Assembly (NCBI GenBank): GCA_007118045.1
Contig: SKTG01000068.1
Coordinates: forward strand, 1 to 52,893
DNA length: 52,893 nt
Direction of reading: 5' to 3'
Origin: Nitriliruptoraceae bacterium
GTDB lineage: Bacteria; Actinomycetota; Nitriliruptoria; Nitriliruptorales; Nitriliruptoraceae
Made by a program: the position numbers and the translations under genes. Numbering within the stretch: position 1 is the stretch's first letter; each line of letters starts with the position of its first letter. Under the pieces are notes generated by a model that saw only the letters and a list, made by a program, of their open reading frames with translations, had not been told where the DNA came from and searched no databases. Positions 47,158 to 52,893 of this stretch are shown here, piece after piece.

Positions 47158-47769
47158 ATGAGTCACGACTCGAGCATCGCCCCCAAGCTTGAGGAGATCA
47201 AGCAAGAGATCGACCAGGCGCTCCCGAACGCTTCACAGGAGGCGAAGGACACGCTGTTAGGGGGTGTGGAGGCACAGCTGCGTTCGGGCCAGGTGGAACC
47301 CGGCACGACGAGCGCTGGAAGGGTCGGGAGCCGGGCCGGGAAGGTGTCGGAGCTCACGGTCATCGCTCCGCTCAAGCCGGGCGGCGCCGACCGGCTCCGC
47401 AGTCTCTTCAAGCTCATGAACGGATACTTCGGTGCGGCCGACCGGGTCGGCACCGTCCATGACATGCGCTTCGTCTTCTTGCCAGGGGACGAGCAGATGC
47501 TCTTCGCCACCGCCTTCGACGGCGACTGGGACTCCTACATCGACGATTTCGCGACGCAGATCCCGGTCGAGATGGACCTTCTCTTCTCCGAGGTCGAGGG
47601 CTGGCCAGGGATCCATGATCCCTCGGTCAAGGACTTCATCGTCGAGTACCAGCACACTGCGGAGGGCTGGTACGTCGCCAGCCCGGATCTGACCGTCGCC
47701 GACACCCGACGCGCTCAGAAGAAGGCGGAGATCGTCGACGAGTTGCTGGACAAGGTCGGTTCTCTGTGA
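47158..47769 (+). CDS. conserved hypothetical protein, co-oriented with and 44 nt upstream of the DyP peroxidase
   Basis: 203 aa. AAAGGAA Shine-Dalgarno and good codon bias after a hydrophilic N-terminal 60 aa. The core is TVIAPLKPGG..RLRSLFKLM...VGTVHDMRFVFLPGDEQMLFATAFDGDWDSYIDDFATQIP. I cannot name the family. Confidence 0.68.
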   Translation: MSHDSSIAPKLEEIKQEIDQALPNASQEAKDTLLGGVEAQLRSGQVEPGTTSAGRVGSRAGKVSELTVIAPLKPGGADRLRSLFKLMNGYFGAADRVGTVHDMRFVFLPGDEQMLFATAFDGDWDSYIDDFATQIPVEMDLLFSEVEGWPGIHDPSVKDFIVEYQHTAEGWYVASPDLTVADTRRAQKKAEIVDELLDKVGSL

Positions 47770-47813
47770 AGGTCGGCGAGATGCACGTCCACCGCAGCCC
47801 GCACGGGTAGATC

Positions 47814-49148
47814 ATGGTGGATGCGACCGACGCGATCGACCTCGACGACCTGCAGAGCCTCATCGTGTTCCGCCGACCTGCGCCCTACTGGGGCAGTTTC
47901 GTTCTGGCCCGTTTCGGCGGCGCGGCGCAGGGACGAGCAGCGCTGCGGGGATTGGTCCCGCACGTCGTCTCGGCGGCGGAGTGGGGAGCTGGTCGGCGCA
48001 ACCTCAGCGTGGCGGTCGGCTTGACCTACGAGGGCTTGGCTGCCCTGGGCCTGCCGGCCGAGTCACTGGACGGCTTCCCCGTTCAGTTGCGTGACGGGAT
48101 GGCAGCACGCGCAAGCCGCCTCGGCGATCTCGGCGATAGCGCGCCGGACAACTGGCAGTCCCCGTTCGGTACGGGCAGCGTCCATGCGCTCGTTCTGATC
48201 ACGGCAGACAGCGAAGCGTTGTGGCGTGAGAGTCTTGCCGCAGCGGGCAGGGCCATCGACGAGGCTGGGTTGCAGATCCTGGGACGCCAACATGTTGCTG
48301 CCCTTGCCGGCGCCCGAACCACCTTCGGGTACCGCGACGGCATCAGCTTCCCCAACATCGCCGGCCTTCCCGAATCGCCGTTCACCGCGCCCGAGCGGCC
48401 GATCGCCACCGGGGAGTTCCTGTTGGGCCATCCCAGCGAGAGCGGAGCGGTACTCCCGATGCCACAGCCCGACGTACTCGGCCGGAACGGGATCTACGCC
48501 GGTGTCCGCAAGATACACACCCGTGTTGCGGCCTTTCGAAGCTTCCTGAAGGCCAACTCCCAAGACGCTGCTGGCGAGGAACTCCTCGCCGCGAAGATGG
48601 TCGGACGCTGGCGTAGCGGAACGCCGCTCAGCCTCGCACCCGCGGCCGACGATCCTTCATTGGTGACCGAACCCGATCGGCTGAACGATTTCACCTACGC
48701 AGACGATCTCCAAGGACTCATCTGCCCGCACGGGGCGCACATCCGGCGGATGAACCCGCGCGACAGCTCCCTGGCCACGCTCGCCGACCCTCGTATCCAT
48801 CGGATCATCCGCCAAGGAGCCGTCTACGGTCCGGCGCTCCCCGACGACGTCCTCGACGACGACGGCGCTGAGCGAGGCCTGTTCTTCACCTTCATGAGCG
48901 CTCGTGCTGACGCGCTGGAGTTCCTGAAGCGAGAGTGGATCGATGACGGCAACACCTTCAACCTCGGGTCCGAGCGAGACCCGATCGCTGGTAACAACGA
49001 TGATGACGGAGCCACGTTCACAATCCCGGCGCGACCCGTGCGCCGACGTCTTCGCGGCCTCGAACGGTTCACCGTCACCAGAGGGGGTGAGTACGCCTTC
49101 GTGCCCAGCCTGACAGCACTGCGTTGGCTGGCAGATCCCGAACCGTGA
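47814..49148 (+). CDS. DyP-type heme peroxidase
   Basis: The GXXDG motif FGYRDGISFP, the proximal His region CPHGAHIRRMNPRD, the distal Arg region HRIIRQGAVYGP, and RGLFFTFMSARADALEFLKREW. No Tat signal or encapsulin-type tail is evident. Confidence 0.88.
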   Translation: MVDATDAIDLDDLQSLIVFRRPAPYWGSFVLARFGGAAQGRAALRGLVPHVVSAAEWGAGRRNLSVAVGLTYEGLAALGLPAESLDGFPVQLRDGMAARASRLGDLGDSAPDNWQSPFGTGSVHALVLITADSEALWRESLAAAGRAIDEAGLQILGRQHVAALAGARTTFGYRDGISFPNIAGLPESPFTAPERPIATGEFLLGHPSESGAVLPMPQPDVLGRNGIYAGVRKIHTRVAAFRSFLKANSQDAAGEELLAAKMVGRWRSGTPLSLAPAADDPSLVTEPDRLNDFTYADDLQGLICPHGAHIRRMNPRDSSLATLADPRIHRIIRQGAVYGPALPDDVLDDDGAERGLFFTFMSARADALEFLKREWIDDGNTFNLGSERDPIAGNNDDDGATFTIPARPVRRRLRGLERFTVTRGGEYAFVPSLTALRWLADPEP

Positions 49149-49293
49149 GGCGGGAGCAAGCCGGGAGGCCGCAGGAACCTGTCAGGTATCTGCCCAACGT
49201 CGAACGACCGGGACCGAACCCCTTGGAGGTAGCCATGCCCCACCGTCGTGGGCTCCGTGATCGCACGGCGTGTCAACCTACGGCGCGCTTCCG

Positions 49294-50559
49294 ATGAGCG
49301 AGCCGCAACCGACCATGCTCGTCAAGAACGTCCAGGTGTTCGACGGGGTCGGTGCCGACCTCATCGAGGGCCACGTCGTCGTGAGCGGCAGCAAGATCGC
49401 GGACATCTCCGATGCATCGCCGACCATCACCGACGGCGTTCAGGTCATCGATGGTGACGGCCGAGTCCTGATGCCCGGTCTCACCGACGCCCACTGTCAC
49501 GTCATGATGATGTGCCACTCGATGGAGGAGATGACGACCGCCGACATCGGCTCGGTCTATGCGAACACGATCGCGGCAGCGAACCGCACGCTGATGCGCG
49601 GCTTCACCACCGTGCGCGACGCCGGTGGGCCGATGTTCGGCATCCAGCAGGCGATCGACCAGGGCGTGATCCCCGGCCCACGCATCTATCCGAGCGGGGC
49701 GATGATCTCCCAGACGTCCGGCCACGGTGACTTCTCGTTGGTCTACGACGTCGCCACGGCTCTCGGGGGTACTCCACCTCGCGGCGAGAACGTCGGGATG
49801 ACACTGGTCGCCGACGGTCACGATCGGGTCCTCGCCGCGGCCCGTGAACAGCTCAAGAAGGGCGCCACGCAGATCAAACTCATGATCGGAGGTGGCGTCA
49901 CCTCGCCGTACGACCCGCTGGAGACCGTCCAGTTCACGCCTGAGGAGATCCGTGCCGCAGTGAGAACGGCGAGAGACTACGGAACCTACGTGCTCGCACA
50001 CGTCTACAACGTCGAAGGCATCCACCGAGGGATCGAAGCTGGCGTGCGTTCGATCGAACATGGACACCTCGCCGACGAGGACACGGTGAGGTTCATGGCC
50101 GGCAAGGACGTCTGGTTGAGCACGCAGCCGTTCGTGGTCCACGATCACCATTTCGATGACCCTCGAGCCCAAGCCAGGCACGAACAGGTCGCCTCGGGCA
50201 CCAGCAACCTGTACGAATGGGCCAAGAAGTACGGAGTCAACACCGCGTTCGGCACCGACATCCTCTTAGAGCCTGACAAGGAGTTCCACCAGATCGTGAT
50301 GTTCGCCCGCCTCGCGGAGTTCATGGAACCGATCGAAGCGCTCCGGATGGCAACGTCGGTCAACGCCGAACTCTTCCGGATGTGCGGTTTCCGCGACCCC
50401 TACATCGACGCACCGCTCGGTGTGATCCAGCCCGGCGCGTGGGCCGACTTCCTGCTCGTCGACGGCGATCCGACGACCGACCTCAGCCTCTTCAACGACC
50501 CTGACGCGAACATCCGGGTGATCGTCAAGGACGGTTTCGCCCACAAGAACTCGCTGTGA
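49294..50559 (+). CDS. amidohydrolase-family metal-dependent hydrolase
   Basis: MLVKNVQVFDG..., VLMPGLTDAHCHV (HxH metal site), IKLMIGGG, AHVYN, IEHG and FGTD. The start is ambiguous (GTG 49270, ATG 49294 or ATG 49315). Confidence 0.84.
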   Translation: MSEPQPTMLVKNVQVFDGVGADLIEGHVVVSGSKIADISDASPTITDGVQVIDGDGRVLMPGLTDAHCHVMMMCHSMEEMTTADIGSVYANTIAAANRTLMRGFTTVRDAGGPMFGIQQAIDQGVIPGPRIYPSGAMISQTSGHGDFSLVYDVATALGGTPPRGENVGMTLVADGHDRVLAAAREQLKKGATQIKLMIGGGVTSPYDPLETVQFTPEEIRAAVRTARDYGTYVLAHVYNVEGIHRGIEAGVRSIEHGHLADEDTVRFMAGKDVWLSTQPFVVHDHHFDDPRAQARHEQVASGTSNLYEWAKKYGVNTAFGTDILLEPDKEFHQIVMFARLAEFMEPIEALRMATSVNAELFRMCGFRDPYIDAPLGVIQPGAWADFLLVDGDPTTDLSLFNDPDANIRVIVKDGFAHKNSL

Positions 50560-50954
50560 CCGGTGCCTGTCCACTCTCAGCACCGCAGTTGCTGGGCATC
50601 CGACGTCGCCCCGCCGCGGTGCGGGTGACGCAGGCAAGGTTCGCCAGCACTGGGCTGGGGGCCGCCGCGCCGCCCGCCCCGGCGCATCGCGATCGACCGG
50701 AGCGGGGGTCGGACCGGCGTGCGCCGAGGGCGACGTGCCGCGGAGCCATCAGGTTGGTGGCCCAAGGAGGCTCGCGCCGGTCATGAGGATCGGTGTAACC
50801 AGCAGTGCGGCGCTCCGAGCATCCATGCGAACACGACGTCGTGTCGTCGTTCCTGCGCAGGATCGTCGCCCATCCCAGCTGCCGTCGAACCGGTATCGGC
50901 TGGACGCTGGTCGAGCATCTCGAGGCCACGCCTGACGTCGAGCTAGCGGGCCAC

Positions 50955-50983
50955 GCTGGGCGCCCCAGTCCAGGGCGCCCAGC
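50955..50983. terminator. perfect 11-bp-stem hairpin (GCTGGGCGCCC-cagtcca-GGGCGCCCAGC)
   Basis: Lies 28 nt beyond the stop (51011) of the minus-strand 5'-nucleotidase gene. Could terminate transcription from either direction. Confidence 0.55.
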
Positions 50984-51010
50984 GATGTCTCGGTCTCGAC
51001 CGCGAACGGC

Positions 51011-52893
51011 TCACTCTACGAGGATCGGCTCACCTTCGAAGGTGTGCACCCAGTTGTGGATGCGCCAATCGTCAGCGGGGTCGATGACCTCGTTGTCCTG
51101 CACCCACTCGACGAACAGGTCCGGTGGGTGCTGGAACTCGCTGTAGACGACCTCCAGGTCAGGAAGCGGACCACCGCCGCCACCGTTGATGTTGTAGTTG
51201 GTGGTGGCCAGCACGAACTCGTCGTCCCCACCGATCGGTTCACCCTCGAACGCGGCCTTGGCAACCCGCTCGCCGGGCTCCTGACCGAGGTCGAACTCGA
51301 TCTCCAACGGGTAGGTGGGGGCGAAGTACCACTGGAGCCCACCGATCGACTCATGCGGTCCGGCGTGATCGAGCGTGTCGTGGAAGCTCACGCTCCACTC
51401 GAGGTAGTCGATGACGTCCTCACCGCTGGCCTTCACGGCCTTGAGCACGTTGTTCTCGTAGTTGTAGAGACCGAAGACGTCACGGATCAGGAGTTCACCC
51501 TCCTCCAAGCCGAGGTTGGTGTTGAGCGGCGGCGAGGCCGAGAGCACGGGCAGGTCCTCGTGCTGGCTGCCTTCCAGCGCCTGCTCGACCTCCTCCTGCT
51601 GCACGATGTCCATCCAGTCCGTCGCAGCGACGTCCTCGATGAGCGAACGCTCGAGCGGGAGATCCTCGGTGGCCTCACCGATCGGGGTGTCGAGCCAGTC
51701 CCGCACCGTCTGGACGTCGTCCTCGACGAGCTCGACAACCGCGGCATCCTCCTCGTAGTTCCCGGCGTCGACCTCCTCATGGGCGATGTCGCTGATCGTC
51801 CACTGGCCGCGAACCTTGGTCAGGTCCAGATCGATGATGCTGCTCCAGGTGCCGTCGGTGCCTTTCATGGCCACCAGCACGTCCTCGCCGGTTTCCTCGT
51901 TCTCGATCCACGCGCTGCGTTCGCTGGTGTGCCCGGCGAGCACGATGTCGATACCGGCAACCTGCTCTGCGAGAGGTGCACCGAACTCGTCCACACCGGC
52001 ATGGACGCCCACGAGGACGACGTCGGCCTGCTCCTCGAGCTTCGGGACGTACTCCTGGGCGGTTTCGACAGGATCCAGGAACTCGACCTTGCCCGCGACG
52101 TGGTGGCGGTCCCACACGGCAGACTCTGGATGGGTCAGCCCCAGAAAGGCGACATCGATCGGCTTGTGGCCCCTCATCTCGACCCGGTGGGTGGAGTACG
52201 GCTCGTACATCGGCTCGCCGGTCTCGACGTCGAGCGCGTTGGCTGCGAGCATCGGGGCTTCGACCTGATCGGCGAACGCATCCAGCACGTCGATACCGTA
52301 GTTCCACTCGTGGTTCCCGGTCGACCACGCATCCCACCCCACGTGGTTGACGACCTTGGCCATCGGGTGCATCTCACCCGTCTCGTGGAAGGGCTCATGC
52401 ACCTGGAAGTAGTGGGTGAACGGCGTGCGCTGGATCGTGTCACCGGTGTCGAACAGCAGCGTCTGCTCTTCGCCCCGGTCCTCGCGGATCTCGTTCATCA
52501 TCGTCGAGATCCGCGCGACACCACGTTCCTCCCCCTCCGGGAAGGGCTCGTCCGCACGCCAGTCCAGGTCGATCGCCTTGCCGTGCAGGTGGCCGGAGTT
52601 GACGATGGTCAACTGCGCAACCGCCGCATCGCTCGCAGCGAGAACGAGCGAGGCTGCCTGGTCACGCTGGAGCATGCCGCGTGGGGCGTAGGTCGTGGGT
52701 GTGGTCCCGTTCACGATGCCGAGGTCGTACAAGGCGTTGATGTTGGGGGCGTGGACGCTGTCGGCCGAGACGTCCTCGAACGGCCCGTCGGCGATGCCCT
52801 CCACGTCCAGCCAGCCGGCGAGCACCGAGGCCGTCTGGGCACGACTGATGGACGCGGACGGTCGGTAGGTGCCATCCCCGAACCCGCTGATCA
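51011..52893 (-). CDS. SLH-domain-anchored bifunctional metallophosphatase/5'-nucleotidase (UshA/CpdB-like), 5' end outside the window
   Basis: The frame is open to the window edge. SLH-like repeats (FEDVSADSVHAPNINALYDLGIVNGTT...YAPRGMLQRDQAASLV). Metallophosphatase motifs (NSGHLHG, DTGDTIQ, GNHEWNYG, GHTSE). A C-terminal 5'-nucleotidase substrate domain (ATTNYNINGGGG). Confidence 0.87.
   Translation of the reverse strand, partial: ISGFGDGTYRPSASISRAQTASVLAGWLDVEGIADGPFEDVSADSVHAPNINALYDLGIVNGTTPTTYAPRGMLQRDQAASLVLAASDAAVAQLTIVNSGHLHGKAIDLDWRADEPFPEGEERGVARISTMMNEIREDRGEEQTLLFDTGDTIQRTPFTHYFQVHEPFHETGEMHPMAKVVNHVGWDAWSTGNHEWNYGIDVLDAFADQVEAPMLAANALDVETGEPMYEPYSTHRVEMRGHKPIDVAFLGLTHPESAVWDRHHVAGKVEFLDPVETAQEYVPKLEEQADVVLVGVHAGVDEFGAPLAEQVAGIDIVLAGHTSERSAWIENEETGEDVLVAMKGTDGTWSSIIDLDLTKVRGQWTISDIAHEEVDAGNYEEDAAVVELVEDDVQTVRDWLDTPIGEATEDLPLERSLIEDVAATDWMDIVQQEEVEQALEGSQHEDLPVLSASPPLNTNLGLEEGELLIRDVFGLYNYENNVLKAVKASGEDVIDYLEWSVSFHDTLDHAGPHESIGGLQWYFAPTYPLEIEFDLGQEPGERVAKAAFEGEPIGGDDEFVLATTNYNINGGGGGPLPDLEVVYSEFQHPPDLFVEWVQDNEVIDPADDWRIHNWVHTFEGEPILVE

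Noticed and set aside
48900-49148. Encapsulin cargo-loading peptide or Tat signal on the DyP.
   Set aside because: The C-terminus (LTALRWLADPEP) does not match the usual encapsulin targeting tail. There is no twin-arginine N-terminus and no encapsulin shell gene in the window.
1-52893. CRISPR arrays, tRNA/rRNA genes, insertion sequences, integrases and prophage genes.
   Set aside because: I saw no regularly spaced direct repeats, no T-loop/anticodon-arm-like sequences in intergenic regions, and no transposase, integrase or phage-like translations in any frame. A tRNAscan/Rfam run would be needed to be definitive.

Overview
52.9 kb of very GC-rich (roughly 70%), densely coding chromosomal DNA. 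By composition and gene families it looks like a high-GC Actinomycetota genome. I saw no rRNA, tRNA, CRISPR array, transposase, integrase or phage genes. I support about 40 protein genes. In order they are: a partial STAND-type regulator; an ASCH protein; an XRE-PBP regulator chained to modABC; an AfsR/SARP regulator; two SAM methyltransferases and a GNAT; rtcB-archease; an ACP-FAAL-PlsC fusion coupled to an MFS transporter; a PRTase/dienelactone-hydrolase fusion; an orphan GroEL paralog; a CapA-like protein; an XRE-cupin regulator with a PLP trans-sulfuration enzyme; glpX, glpFK and glpD; DUF2252; a PLP decarboxylase; a stretch of decayed genes; a LuxR-type LAL regulator; DUF1269; a catalase-related protein, FUSC, gadB and a YrhK-like protein; an unknown protein with a DyP peroxidase; an amidohydrolase; and a partial SLH-anchored 5'-nucleotidase. 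Five observations stand out. (1) A by-eye convincing TPP (THI-box) riboswitch aptamer sits directly upstream of the PRTase/hydrolase gene rather than any known thiamine gene. (2) The ACP-FAAL-PlsC protein is translationally coupled to an MFS transporter, which looks like a rearranged Aas/LplT lysophospholipid repair pair. (3) A near-identical 26-nt palindromic element lies upstream of two separate heme-peroxidase loci. (4) An uncharacterised 203-aa protein is paired with the DyP peroxidase. (5) A 3.7-kb patch (34.5-38.2 kb) has about ten frame disruptions across four neighbouring genes. All homology statements come from reading the translations by eye; no searches were run.
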